From Craspedostauros australis (Eukaryota): 64,000 bases of DNA. The DNA lies in NCBI GenBank assembly GCA_030167865.1, contig JALAGF010001127.1, forward strand, positions 1 to 64,000. Reading direction: 5' to 3'. The position numbers and the translations under genes are program-made. The notes beneath the pieces were generated by a model that was not told the DNA's origin, did no database searches, and saw only the letters and a list, made by a program, of their open reading frames with translations. How positions within the stretch are numbered: the first letter of the stretch is position 1; every line of letters begins with the position of its first letter. Of this stretch, positions 1 to 13,202 are shown piece after piece.

Positions 1-49
1 CTCTTTCTGTCGTCCAATCGGCTGCGAACAGCGACATGTGGGTGAGGGA

Positions 50-196
50 GAAAAGGTGCCCTATTTAGGGCACGTTTTGAAAAGATGCCCTATTCAGGGC
101 ACGTTTTGAAAAGGTGCCCTATATAAGGCACGTTTTGAAAAGATGCCCTAATTTAAGGCACGTTTTGAAAAGGTGCCCTATTTTAGGGCATCTTTT
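50..196. repeat. Tandem array of five 29-30 bp imperfect palindromes (GAAAAG[G/A]TGCCCT-A/T loop-A[G/A]GGCACGTTTT)
   Basis: Units at 50-78, 79-107, 108-136, 137-166 and 167-196. Each folds back on itself (AAAA..GTGCCCT/AGGGCAC..TTTT). There are no spacers between units. Confidence 0.95.
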
Positions 197-2759
197 GACA
201 TCGCACAGATACGAGTCGCGAGTGGCGACGACAATGTCTGAAGGACATGGCAATCAAGACTAATAAAATCTCATTCACGACTAACAGTGTTCGTAAGTCC
301 GTTAAAATGCACCCGAACCACCATGTCCGGCAGTTTACCGGAAGCCCCAGAATCTGCGCCCCATCCGAAATACGAGTGGAGAGTACTCTGCGAACAAAAG
401 AACTGGGAGATCTTCGTATCAAAGATTCGGATGGTGCGAACACGGAGACCTGCGTGTCCTCGTTCGACCAAGGCGGTGGCATCGGATCTCGTGACCCGGA
501 GAGTTCGGCGACAAGGAGATGAGATCATGTGACGAACTTGCTTCTGCTTTTTCCGTTTTTCGGTTCCGATTGCGTCATTTTGTGTTGGTGACAGGCATGA
601 CGTCATATACAGGTACATCAGAAGTCCCTCGCTGAGACCTACAAATCTATCGTACGAAGCAAGAATGTTTGGGGATGCCGCAAGTGGCAACAGATCTGAA
701 GGAGGCAGCGACGTCTCCATGCGTCTGCGGACTTCCACCGCACGCTTTTTACGATTATGACCACGATTTAGTCCCTCTTCTTGGAGCGAAGCGCAAAGAC
801 AACCTCTGATGGTTGCCCTGTGATTGTTGTGATCGAAGCATGCAAATGCATCAAACAAGACACAAGGAGACTTGGAGATGTTTCAGGATTGCCGTGGCGA
901 GCCGAAACACACTTGCGGAGCGGAGGATTGTTGCCTTGTCGGCCATGTCTGATCACGGTACCAATGTAGATGAACGATGCGCCAAGAGCATTCTTGTTCG
1001 TCGTTTTCTGGCAATGTGCACAAGGTGTGTTGTGGAGAAGTCGGCGAAGCGCATCTCCATCGTCGTCAACATCATCGTCCAGATGCTCTTCCAAGGCGAC
1101 TAAATGTAGCATGGTGTAGTTCGTAGCGATTCACAGGTGTGGACCTTGATGTGGGACAGAGTATCAATAGACTAAGTGCAAGTCCTTGCTCCGCTGCTTC
1201 ACCATTCTGCCATTCTGTCCTCCTGTCGTGCGCTTTCTCCAACGGCACTGGTGCGAGTGATGCGAAGGACGAGAAAGTGGAGAAACCGGAAAGATGGCGA
1301 GGAGAGCAACGGCAGCCACAACCACTGCTGCCCCTGCGCAATCGGAGGTTGTTTGGCCACCGAGACAATACGGGTACGAACCACAACAGCGAGAGAGAGA
1401 GATGCATGCGCGTTGTGCTACCCGTCACACTCAGACCTCCTATTCTCCTGGCTGCGTTCTCCGCCGAAGGCAAGTTGTAAAAAGTGAGTGGATCAGAACA
1501 GAACGGGACAGAGGATGCTCCATCACGATCACAGCCGTCGGTAAATCTCTCCGACAACAATCACACTTTGTGATTGAAGATGTCATGTCGCGCCAGAGCT
1601 GAGGGTGCAGAAAGGATCTAGACAGAGGACAGCGAATAACTCTGGATAGCAGACATGCGCTGCATCACGCCATACACAGATGCAGTTCTGCGGAGACTAC
1701 GACTACCATTCAGAGCTGCAAACGTGAGCAATCCGGAGATGCTCTGGAGCATCGCCTGGTCAATGGAATTTCTTCTTGTAGACGGAGCCGTTGCCTGTTT
1801 GCGTTCCTAACTTGCCCACGAGGTATGACACGAGTTATGCTACCCACGAGCTTGGCTAGTGGATTACGACCTATGACATGTATTCTACGTAATACGAGAA
1901 TGCCGCCGTGTCGTTCACAGCGAAGACGGCGAGGAGGGAAACAAGATACTAATAGTGAGGGAGGCGTGCTGCATGAAAGCCAGTGGGTAGGAGTAAAGCA
2001 CTGTAATGTGTACAGATGCACAACAAACAACAGGCAAAGGGAGAGTGGGGAGAGAGAGAAGATGGCGGTGGCTGTTGTGCGGCACCACGGAGGCAACACT
2101 GGGGCTCAAAATACCTGGTGACACACGTTGCACACGACCTGAAGGACTCTCTTGAGGAACTCCCTGTGTTCGCCGAGGGATAAAACCCACAACACCAACT
2201 GTGAGTTGAGTGTGTGATTCGCGTTTATTGGTTGCTGTCCCTGTGACGGGTCCAACATCTAATAAATTATTGGAAGCGACATGATCGTTCGCTGACGTTA
2301 TGTGACATTTTTTGTCATACGACATGGATTCAGGTAACTGTGTTGTTGATTCTGCACGGAGGCAGGTGTGCACGGCGTTATTATTCGCTCTCACACCGCC
2401 GCTAGATACCTTGTTTGAGTTTTGGGGAGAACAACGCGACGCGACCTCTCTGCAACTTGCTTGGTTCGTTGTCGGGACCAGCCGCCGTGCCGAAACGAAG
2501 AGTGCCACAGCGACCAACACACACAAAACACACAAAACACACACGATTGCACACTCCATGTGTCATCCGAACGAAACAAACCAGCAAGGAAGCAAGGAAG
2601 CAAGGAAACAAACAGAGAGCCACTCATCGTGGTCATAAAAAGAAGAAATCACAAAACAACCACAACCACCATCCGCAGCAACGGCAGCAGCAGTAGCAGT
2701 AATTGCGACAGGAACGATCCACATCGTACCATACATCATCAAACCATCCCTCGACAACC

Positions 2760-3803
2760 ATGGCAACCCCTTGCTTGCAACCATTCGCGTCGTCGTACTC
2801 GTGCTCATCATCAACAACGGACTCGTCATCGTACTCATCCTCGTCGTCGTCGTCGTCGGCAGCCGAGTCACCGGCACCATCAACCCCAACGCCAACACAA
2901 TCAACACCAGCCACAGAAGCTTCGCCAGCCGCGACGATGCTCAAGACGTGCCTCTCCAAGCTGGTGGGATTGTCCACGCTGACCTTTGCGTCCCGCAAAC
3001 GATCGCGCAAGCAGTCTTGCCAAACCCAGCACTGCCACCATGCATTGTCGATGGACTCCGGTCCGACTGCATACTCGCAGCAAAGGCCATGCAAGCGATC
3101 CAGGACGGCATCTGTTGCTTCGCCCTGCCTGACACGATCAGCGGCAGCAACATCGCAGAACGCAGGCTCCTCCTTGGCAACCAGGAGGACAAGATCAAGA
3201 AACGGGAAGAAAAATCGCTCTGTGCAGTTTTCAGAAAAACCGAATTCAGTCCACCTGTTCGAGAAAATCATCAGCTACGATGACAGACACACGATCTGGT
3301 ACCAGACGCCGGACTACATGGGGTTCCGCAAAGAGGCAGAGATGCTGGCGGACGCATTCAAGAAGAAGCGCACATCGGATCTGCAAACATCGCAGTACCA
3401 GCATTCGGTACAGGACTTTGGCTTCCTCAGGGGACTGGAGCTATGGGTTTGCGAACAGCGCGTCCTCAACCGCTACCTCTCCGTGTCCTGCATCGTCAGC
3501 TCCAGCAAGAAGAGGGGCTTCAAGCCAGAGCACGTCGCGCACATTGCCCGCAACTGCTCGGCGTGGCCACGTGAGGCCGCCATCGTGCAAGGGACGCGCG
3601 ATTTCTTCGAAGTCTACGAACCGCAGTGGGTGCCCTCGCTGCCAAAGCTCGACGAGCCAGTCCAATTTCCGTACCTCCTGTATCCAAAGAAGGTCAAGCA
3701 GCAGACGGAAGAGGAGACCGCCGCGACCGTCAAGATGCTTCCCAAGACGATCCTGCAGCGCGATACGTCGCAGCCCATCGCCCGGCGCACGTCGCGAAGA
3801 TGA
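2760..3803 (+). CDS. Hypothetical protein of a diatom-typical family (Ser-rich N-terminus; SVQFSE..IWY..DY..FR..LRGLE motif region)
   Basis: Single long ORF from ATG 2760 with strong GC3 bias. The motif string resembles a common diatom uncharacterised family. Function unknown. Confidence 0.8.
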   Translation: MATPCLQPFASSYSCSSSTTDSSSYSSSSSSSSAAESPAPSTPTPTQSTPATEASPAATMLKTCLSKLVGLSTLTFASRKRSRKQSCQTQHCHHALSMDSGPTAYSQQRPCKRSRTASVASPCLTRSAAATSQNAGSSLATRRTRSRNGKKNRSVQFSEKPNSVHLFEKIISYDDRHTIWYQTPDYMGFRKEAEMLADAFKKKRTSDLQTSQYQHSVQDFGFLRGLELWVCEQRVLNRYLSVSCIVSSSKKRGFKPEHVAHIARNCSAWPREAAIVQGTRDFFEVYEPQWVPSLPKLDEPVQFPYLLYPKKVKQQTEEETAATVKMLPKTILQRDTSQPIARRTSRR

Positions 3804-6123
3804 GCCACGGCAGTCATCACAGTTTGCGCCAAACTAGACACGACACAACAGCGTAGCGTAGAGCAGAGTAGAGTAGAGACCGGGACGTAAATCAGAATTT
3901 CTTTTCTCGACTCGATCCATTCGCATAACTTTATTATTCTATTATTATTGTGTTATACTTCTCCGCATTGGATGGTGTGTCGGCATGTGACGCTTGCCTC
4001 CTGTGGGTGCTCTCCGTGTCGCCGCTGCTGTCGCCATGCAACAGATGCCCGCGTTGGTAACATGCACCAGATGGATTACACGTTCCCTGGGAACCGCGGT
4101 AAATACGTTTTCGGCGTCGTTTTCCGATGGGACTGCCTTAGTAGTCCATTTAGTCCGTGCGCTTGGCCTCACGAAACGCAAAGGTACTACTGTAGACGTG
4201 TGATCGACGTCCCGTGGGCGAGGCTATGAACACTAGGAGCTACTTCAGTTGCCATTGATTGCCCAGTGCAGGACAGCTCTACGGGGCTTAGCCAGCGTCT
4301 GCGCCATCAATTTTTGGCTGGGTGTCTTTGGACATGTTGCCACCATCGGTGTCGAGGCCAATCGCCCAGGTACGCGCTTTCTGGGCTTGATCTTCGTTGT
4401 GCAGTCTTGCTTCAACAGCGGAAACAGTGAGCGCAACCCCGAACGCAGGAAGAGGGCAAAGCCTCGCACGTACTCTGTGGTACAGGAAGCACGTCTGTCC
4501 TGACCAGAATAGCCTGCGAGTGCGAGCGGACACATCCTGCTCGCCGAATGTGACATGACATGTTCCGTTTGCAAACTGAGGCAAGGGCGATAGGAAGAGG
4601 AGGTGGATGGAGTTGCATGAACTTCGAAGCGGTATTCGCCAGTACGATGATTGGTGCACGAGGCGGCTTGGCTGTCGAAATGTCCGAAAGCGATTTCTTC
4701 ATCTTGATGAGGACGAGTGTTTTGTCCTACAGCAACAGGAGATGGCGGAACAACTATGCCTTCTGTGACGTCACATTGTATGAGGAGTGGTCGTGCGAGA
4801 CCGCACCACGATCCATGCGATTAATTGTTTGACTGCGCAGATAACACGCAAGGTTAGTGGCGTCACATGACTCGAAATGACGCAGTGAGCGTACACCTGG
4901 GCGAACGATGATGCAAATTGCATCAGCCTTCACGTCGCTTTCGCAGTCACTGATGTGGGAGCAGGTCATTCCCGCACGTCGCCCGATCACTTGTCATCTC
5001 GAGTCTGACTCACACGAATGGGGAGAAGTTCTCTTTGCGCTCAGCCTGGTTGGGGAAACGTCGGCACATCATCTGGACCGAACGAGCACAGGAAGCTGCT
5101 GGCATTCGTCGTCCACAGAAGAGTTGGGCCACGGCTATGCGCCATGCGAGACAAGTTGAACTTGTGATCATTAATTATCAGGCATGATTGCGTCAACTTC
5201 TTGTTTGTGGTGCGCAATGTGAGCGACACGTCGGAAACGAGGGGCTCTCTTCCCTCACGCGGAACAGTTCACCTCAACATGGCCCCTCCTCCAGGATCAC
5301 TTGTTTCGTGTTGGGTGTTCGAAGAGATGCGCAGAGTGCAATGGTTGTGTTCGAAGTACTGCTTCGCAAGAGACACCAAGTCACTGCTTTCGCTCCTGCC
5401 ATTTTTCCTATCCGAGACACATGGCTTTGAGACACCAAGCTAGACATGCAATAGCACATGTATGCAACCACACAGACTGCGAGATGGATTGGTAGCATCT
5501 TCATTTGTGCTCATTGACATCGTTGCTAGACGTGAAGAGTTGAGTTAATACTTCTGAACACTGTACGTGCATGTTCATGTCTGACTATTCAAACACGGTA
5601 GCCTATCCCGAACGTGGATTGTCCTGACCGATGATGCACGTTTGATGGTGCTCGAGTTGAGGGGTACCCGGTAGCAGACATCTTCGTGGTTGTTCTTCCG
5701 CTGGCGAGGTTAACCGCTGCATGATCGTGACGATCGGACGCGGTGTGGACTGATACGAAAATCTATTATAGGTTATCCGCATCCCCCAGGCTGTGTTTGT
5801 CCGTTGAGTCATTGAAAGCCACGCTCAGTACCTGGGAATGATAGCGCGTTCTTCGTCTCGGATGTCCAGCGAACACGAGCGCTTTCGGCACCTGTGAGTA
5901 TCATGATACTATGCCCCAACACACATGGGGAGCGGTGAAACTACAGTGACAGACGTGGCGAACGCACCCGCACGTCGAAGAGGGAGGGGCAATACATGGG
6001 GGAGAACACGCTCCAGTGTCCAAGCCCCGTCGGATCGGTGTTCTTCCGAAGTTTCGCACTCGCGAACGCGCATTGGCACTCGCGTATCCGTCATTGAGTA
6101 TGTTAAGTGGAATGCGTTGGTAG

Positions 6124-6294
6124 CGACATGGTCACGATACAGGATCGACATGGGATCCCTATGAACACGCCATGGACACGACATGGACATGCGACAAGCA
6201 CGACATGGACATGCGACAGACACCACGCAGGATCGGCACCGACGAGCAAGCGACGAGCAAGGAACGAGCAAGCGACGAGCAAGCGACGAGCAAA
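6124..6294. repeat. 11-bp-period minisatellite, left array (degenerate CGACATGGACA-type units, then 5 x CGACGAGCAAG)
   Basis: About ten degenerate 11-mers from 6124, then near-perfect CGACGAGCAAG units at 6240, 6251, 6262, 6273 and 6284. Confidence 0.85.
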
Positions 6295-6597
6295 TTGCTC
6301 AAAATTACCGTGGATTTGTCACTGTGACATGCTGCGAAAACAGCCATACTACGGTGTCTAATCTAGTTGTATTTTAAAGGGCGTCAGAGTGCACTTTTCA
6401 AAAATAGATTGCATGAACGTAAGCGTACTATCCATATCATGCTAGCACACGTGTTTGATCTTGATTGCAACATCATTCTGAAACACAATCGATAACAGAG
6501 TTTTGCATTGCGGCGTCTCCAGACTGATCACCTACGATACTGTGACATCTCTCTATAAGTAAAGTGCGGTAAGCGACATGTCGATTTTTTGAAAAAT

Positions 6598-6789
6598 CGA
6601 CGAGCAAGCGACGAGCAAGCGACGAGCAAGCGACGAGCAAGGGACGAGCAAGGAACGCGACGTGAGCACGACGTGAACGCGACGTGAACGCGACGTAGAC
6701 GTGCCTTGGATGTGACAAAGGTGCAATGGATGCACGACTTGGATGCGACCCGGTCATGACTTGGACACGACATCGGTACGACTTCGCAC
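6598..6789. repeat. 11-bp-period minisatellite, right array (5 x CGACGAGCAAG, then degenerate CGACGTGAACG/CGACTTGGATG units)
   Basis: Units at 6598, 6609, 6620, 6631 and 6642, a 5-nt phase slip, then twelve 11-mers at 6658-6789 mostly starting CGAC/TGAC. Preceded by a perfect 10-bp inverted repeat GTCGATTTTT-TG-AAAAATCGAC (6580-6601). Confidence 0.85.
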
Positions 6790-9291
6790 ACCAAGTTGCA
6801 CGAGGGGCGTTGCGAATGACAGTGACGCTCAACGCATGCGTGCGGAGAAACTCGTGTCCGTTTTGTGGGGAGGACGTTGCGACCCCATAAATACGCGCCT
6901 GCACTATCCGCGGGAAATACCCCGAGCACTGCACATAGTGACACAAAGAGCTGCAGGGGCATACATGTTGATCGTGCTTCGCTTCCATCGTTTGGTGTAT
7001 GGGACTCATGCGAACATCGTTGACTTGTTGTGGAACCGCCTTTCGCGTGCTTGCTTCGCGGAGGTGCGCATCCAGGGAAACGTGTTATCGCCACGCGCGG
7101 CACTACATTTTCGCATGGGAGGAAACTGTTACCGTTATCATCTCGATGTGTTCTACCGCGACTCCTCGCAGACGGACGCGCGTAATGACATCAGCAATCA
7201 ACATCGCAGTGAATCACATGAACAGCGGAGAGTGAAGGTCGTGTCGCATGCGCTGTCCGACACCCAATTGCGAGACACACAGTCTCATCTGTTCTCTCGC
7301 ACTACGCCGCGCAATCGACATGACCGCTTCTGTCACGGTGAACACAGCGGGCGTGCGCATCACCAAACCAAAACAAATTCTGCTCGTCTCGTGTGCGTTG
7401 CGATGTTCGTGTTGCAGTTCCAACCACGGGGGATGATCGTGGCAGCCAGCTCGTTGCCGTGTGGTCTTTCGGGCGAATTCTCCGTCTTTCGCCAGTGACT
7501 GGAACCGAAGTGAGCACGTCACGAAGTCGGATGCGCTGATGCTGGACGCTGTGGGGCGCCTTGTGTCTTTGCGCCAACTTGCTGTGCAGATGGAATCCTC
7601 CGCCGCTGCCTCCAACCGACAACAGTCAAATCAAGCACTCGTCATGCACACACCTGAAGCGCATTCAGCACAGTAGCAACACTGACTCGAATTGACCTCT
7701 GTGATGGCTTGCCCTCGTTTGATGTTGTTCCTGTGATGCAAGAGGCATGCGACGGGTCGGCTGCCCAAACAGATGCACAGAACACACGATAACTAGCCCA
7801 TCCCTTGTACTAGTAACAAATAGCTCAACTGTCAAAACCACAAAACGTGATGATCGTCGATAGCTTCCTGTGTCTGTTGAGTTTGCGCGTGGTTGGTGTC
7901 CTGGTTTGAAAAGAGCAAGCAAACAATTGCACTGATGGGGTAACCGGGAAAGCGCCACGTTCCGTTGTTGGACGTTGTAAATACTATTTTCTGAGTTTGC
8001 ATGTCGGACGCACTGGACAAGCATGGTGAGGAACGCAAAGCGAATTTCGTGCCCTCGTGGCAACACCCCCAAGGAAGAAGACCGCCAGACACCCACGCTT
8101 GCTGAAGAGAGTCCCACTTTGTCACACAAAAAAGAGAATCACCAACGAGCACCTGAACCGCACAGCCAAACAAACGTTGGACGGGGGCGGGCTCACCACC
8201 TTCGACAACAGCAGTGACAGGAGCACGACAGTGATCACACAACAACGGAGTGCGCATTAATACAGGAACGTGGAGGAATGGCGCTGCTCCCGGCGCAGAG
8301 CGCGACAGTTGATGACACGAAGTTCAGTAGGCTGGCAGGACAACGGACAGCTTGTAGTTGGAGGAGCGCTCTGTGGTAATCAACGACGGTGCGAAAAGGA
8401 ACCGCTCAGACAAGGCACGAAAGTTACCTGAGCAAGGGGAGGGGAGAACACGAATGATGATTGCAAATCAGCCACTTCTTTCCAAAGAGGGAAAGCAATT
8501 GTGTGACTGCGTCGATGCTGCGTCGTGTCGTGGGTCTGGGATGGGGATGCATTGGGACAGACACAACAGGGAAGGAACGAGAAAAGGGGACATCATTGGC
8601 ATGTGCGAACAGTGTGCGGCATCGCAACCACGAACGCAAATCAGCGCGACGTCATGTCGACACGGGAAAGACGTGCTCTAGTAGTCCCATGAGTGCATGA
8701 CTCGACAGACCCAAAAACCGCACAACACACCCCAAGCGTGAACAAAGCAAAAATCGACGCAAAAAGAGCATTTACCGCGCTTCCCCTGCAAAGCATGAAC
8801 AGTTCTGACATGTGGCAAGACGCTGTGGACATTCCACACGCGCGAGAGACAGAGCATGGACATTGGTGCGGAACGCGCTGACATTCCTCAGCAAGGAATC
8901 GCGCTCAGCCCAGCCTTTCTAGCCCACGAGCGACAGATGGTGACGACATGTACTACTATCTACTACTATACTATAATAGATACAGCCAAGGTCCACCTGT
9001 CCGTAAATAGAACTGACACGCCCTCGAATACTGGCGACTCGTAGCTGACAACACAAACAAGCTTGAGACGAGAACAGTGCGACCATGAGAGGGCTAACTC
9101 TCAAACAGTGTCGACAGCGCCGACAGCAGCAAACCAAGCCTACAAACTGAGATGCTCGACAACTCGAGAATGCCATAAAACAGTGAAAGCAAGAATTAGG
9201 CCACAAGAAGACGACCATTGCAACATTACTGCAGCAAGTGCTCCGCTCTCTCTCTCTGGCTTTGATAACAATTACGCCCTTCATCTCCACC

Positions 9292-11729
9292 ATGCAAGAC
9301 GCCACCGCCGCCAATAGAGGCCCACCAAGGCCCATGGAAACGGCGCGACCCGGAACACCTGACACCTCGGCCTGTGCCGTCGCCTGGTCAAGCCCCCCTT
9401 CCCAAGATGCCATCCCATCTGCACAAGACACGTTAAGAGCGGCAATGGCGCAGCTGTCCGAAGACGAGGCAGCGGCGGCCAAGGATGAACGGATTGGTGC
9501 CGCGCCTATGGGTCTCGCCGAAGAGACGGACCTCCAACTGCAGGAGCTCCGTGAAAGGACGCGATCCATCGAGCACAATTCGGCTCTTTGGGTCGCTCTC
9601 CAGCAGAACGAATCCTTCGTGCTTCATCCGCAAACGCTTCGCATATTCCTGCGCGCGTCAAGGAACGACATCGATGGCGCGGTGGACCATCTCACGAGGT
9701 ATTTCGAAGCCAAGCGAGAGTTGTGGGGTGACGCCAAGCTCACCAAGAGAATCAGCTTGGACGATTTCACCAAGGAAGATAAATCATTCCTGGCCAAGAG
9801 CAGAACGCAAATGTTGCCAACCCGGGATCGTGCCGGACGAGCCGTGCTCTTCTCATACGAGAGAGAGAGAGCTCGGAGCCCTCAGCGCAATGGGCCAGCA
9901 ACACTCGAGGTGAGTGGACCGCAAACCCGTGCCCTTCAATATCATGCGACGCCTCTCAATCTCGCCAATGATACACTGCGTCGAATGCTCGTATGATTAT
10001 CGTCGTCTTGCAATACCTTTCAAACCTGTCGCAGCACCATCAGACGTTTCAATCGATTTCTCACCGTGTCGTATCGTAACATATCGTATCGTCTCATCTC
10101 GCTCCATTTCGTCCTTTCCTTCACTGCTGTCACGTGCGAACTTTCCTCGCTCCACCCACCAAAGGCTCGTTTTCTTTGGTACCTCATCATGTCGTACATC
10201 GAGGGTCACGATGACGTACAAAACCATGGCCTTGTGCTTGTCCAATACGGTTTGGATCTCAAGCCCGAAGGAAGCCATGCCAAGCGCGATGCGCGGTGGG
10301 CGATGTGCAAAGTCGTCAATGCCATGCCTATCCGAATCGCGGGTGTGCACCTCTGCTACGGTGAAGGCGAAAGCCACCCAGCTGCCAATGTGGTGGCATT
10401 GGGTTTGGCTCCAGCCGTCCGATGCCGGATCCAACTCGTTCGCGGTACGTCAACCAATCTATGCATTCATCTAGCCAGCCAGCCAGCAATCCATCGGTGT
10501 CCACCTGTCTACCTATGTTGAGCCCGAAGCCGCTTTGCTCCATTTGTAACAGACCTGCTTGTGCGCGTTCCATCTTCGTTCCTCTTCACTCACCAATACC
10601 CACTTGCCTGCTGTTGCTCGTCGTGTTTGATTGCACCGTCGCTTCAATCCATGGCTTCGAATGAACTTCAATTTGGTGTCGTTCTCAATGCTCAATGGTT
10701 TGCATTATGGCATTATTCTGCATTGCAGGAGATCATGACGCGTACCTTCACCATCTGGAGGAACACGGCGCTCCCATCAACGTCCTGCCTCTTGACGAAG
10801 GCCGCGCACAAGCGCTTGGACAGGGAGGCCAAACCGAAACGAAGCATGCTCCCAAGGTACTGAACACACGTGAGCTCAGCAAACTCTTGAGACGGCGCCG
10901 GAAGATTGAAAGCAATCCGGAGGAGAACTCTGGCCTCGTCGAGCTCCTGAAGCAGAGTGACGTTATCATTGGGAACACTCGCTTCGACCAGAGGCACCCA
11001 GCAAACATAGGGTTGTTCCACGTTGTGAGGGAGAGGTGGGCGAAGTTCTATGCGGAGCGGAGCGGGAAGCAACAGGTTAACATTGCAAGGGAAGTGGTCC
11101 AGCAGCTGAGGGATGAGGGTATCCGCTTCGTCAAGCAAGTGGGCAGAGATGGATTGTGGGGACCAGCAGATGAGTCGCTGATCGTGGCTAAGATCACGAA
11201 GCTCCATAATCGCCCCAGGACGAGCGAGATCCCAAACGCCTTGATCAATGTTGCCGCTGACGGAGTGACTTCAGTTGCAACGTCAACACCAACGCAAGCC
11301 GCTGTTGGCGATGGAGCCGGGGCCGCCCCAAACACTGCCGCCACAACCGCTCCCGATTCTGCTATCGTCATGGGAACACAACCTGCGCTCGCCTCGGCTG
11401 CTGAGCGAAGTGCGCCATCCGCCGGTACATCGGAGAGGCTAGCACTGACAGACAAGGACATTATATGCGGGAGCTGCATCGACTTCGCAAACCATCCAGG
11501 CAATCAGCACTTCGATTCAGTTGTGCAAAGTTTTCATCCCTTCTTTGCGATGGCAACGGAGGACAACCAAGACAGTTTCGTCAAGAAGGTGAAGGCGGCG
11601 CTGCGGGAGCAGGGCAGACGATTCCTGGAAGCGATCGAAGACTCCGATGGCAACTGCGTGTGGATTGAAGTCTCGGAGGACGATTCAATCGACGAGATCA
11701 GACAGGCTTTCGAAGGTCTCTGTCAATAA
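9292..11729 (+). CDS. CRAL-TRIO/Sec14-like domain plus two DUF6824-like domains (3 exons, ~632 aa)
   Basis: Exons 9292-9909, 10165-10444 and 10729-11729 are joined in frame by GT-AG introns. LRIFLRA..D..A..L..YFE.K..LWG and LP.RDRAGRAV are Sec14-like. DVIIG..HPAN and DIICG..HPGNQHF..G.RF are DUF6824-like. Confidence 0.8.
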
Positions 11730-13202
11730 TGAGCCCGTCGATGAAGCCTCGGCTGACCCGGGGCCAGACGCAGCGACCAGCGCCACCCTGGATAGGGAAC
11801 GAATGGCGCGTCTCAGAGAGAACTATTCATAAACCGACTCCAAGCCGAACATTCCCCTCTCCGGCATCGCAGCAAAGCACCTGTGTGAGCGGAATGCTCC
11901 AACCGGAGAACTACTATTATAATACAATGATAGACGTCCGAGTACATAGCAAACTGCCAACGCTTCGGCTCTTTTGTATTGTACCAGTGCGATCCGAGAA
12001 CTGGCATCCAAACCAGATTCACGTGTCAACCTGCAACCCGGTGCTATCTCTGTCAAGTTGCAACCCGAGTCAGCGAGTGGGCCAACCATGCATCCTCATG
12101 TGTATTGGCACCATGCCTGTAGTCGTACTTCTCCAAAACAAAAAACAATTCTCCAGGTCCCGATGGCAAAGGATTTGGTCTCCACGCCAAGCTTCTCCTC
12201 TCCAACATATATCGCCATTCTCCGAATAGGAGTCCAAGCGGAGAAGGTGCTTCCACTGTCCATGGGCGCTGACTGTCATGGTGGAGACCACCAACGCGCG
12301 GTTCATGCAAGCACCCAGAATGCCATGCTGTGCATATGCTCATCTTTTCCAAGGTGGTGCGAGTGCGGTAGTGGTAGGAAATGGATAGAATGGGATCAAC
12401 TGTCCTCTCTTCAGGGAGGCACTTGGGTGCTTGTCTCGCTCAGCATCGTGTGGACAGAGAGAGACGCGCTGCGAATACGAACAGTGGATTTGATTTTCCG
12501 AGCTCAGTCCGCATTTGGGCGTAGTGACTTGGCGGTGAGACTCCGCTAAGCCCTTCGTGACGTCACAAGGCATCGACTGGATGTCACAAGTCGCTCATGT
12601 GTTCTCTCGACTTTGTTGGTCTCGCCACCACAACACGCCCAAAGCAATGCGTGGATAGTGGAGACGTGGACACTTAGAGCACAATTCAATGAGAACGGTC
12701 ACAAAGAAAAATGCAGTTCGGAGTAGAACGCTTGCACAAAGATCGCATCGACTTCGTTTGATGTTCAGTTGCGAAGGATCACGCAGGCCGGCTTGGCCCA
12801 ACCAACCAAGGTGGCACATCAGCCACACATCAAAAGGGAAATAGCTGCCAGTGACGTGTGGCACCATGCTCTCTACCACCCTGCACGTACCACGCTCGGC
12901 GACGCAAATCGAAGAGCGATGAAGGCGACGAAGGCAAACCTAAATCACGTGACAAGAGTCCAAATGGCTGCGCGAAAGGCGAGCGACTGATCGGAAGCGG
13001 CTGATTCGAGGAAACCAGAACACACAAGAGCGATCCAAAAACAGAGAGGCGGACGGCACATAAAATCACATCGGTAATCTCACAAAAATACCGACGAGCG
13101 AAGTGGATAGCATCCCACGCTCTCAGCACATCGTCTACGGATAGACCGAGAGAGAGAGAGAGAGGGTAGTGCTCAAGGACGAATAGCACCCTCCACAGCA
13201 AC

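Noticed and set aside
50-196. CRISPR array (palindromic ~29-bp repeats)
   Set aside because: The repeats are contiguous with no unique spacers, there are no cas genes, and the context is eukaryotic.
200-2300. Several 100-200 aa ORFs, possibly a decayed minus-strand gene (e.g. EEHLDDDVDDDGDALRRLL)
   Set aside because: No recognisable domain, no consistent codon bias, and no splice model that joins them.
4245-4702. Possible ankyrin remnant (AVLHWAINGN)
   Set aside because: A single short motif at the end of an ORF with no second repeat; compatible with chance.
6528-7498. ORFs of 178-251 aa overlapping the 11-bp arrays as a transposase or Rep protein
   Set aside because: The translations are partly repeat-derived and show no DDE, HUH or RT motifs.
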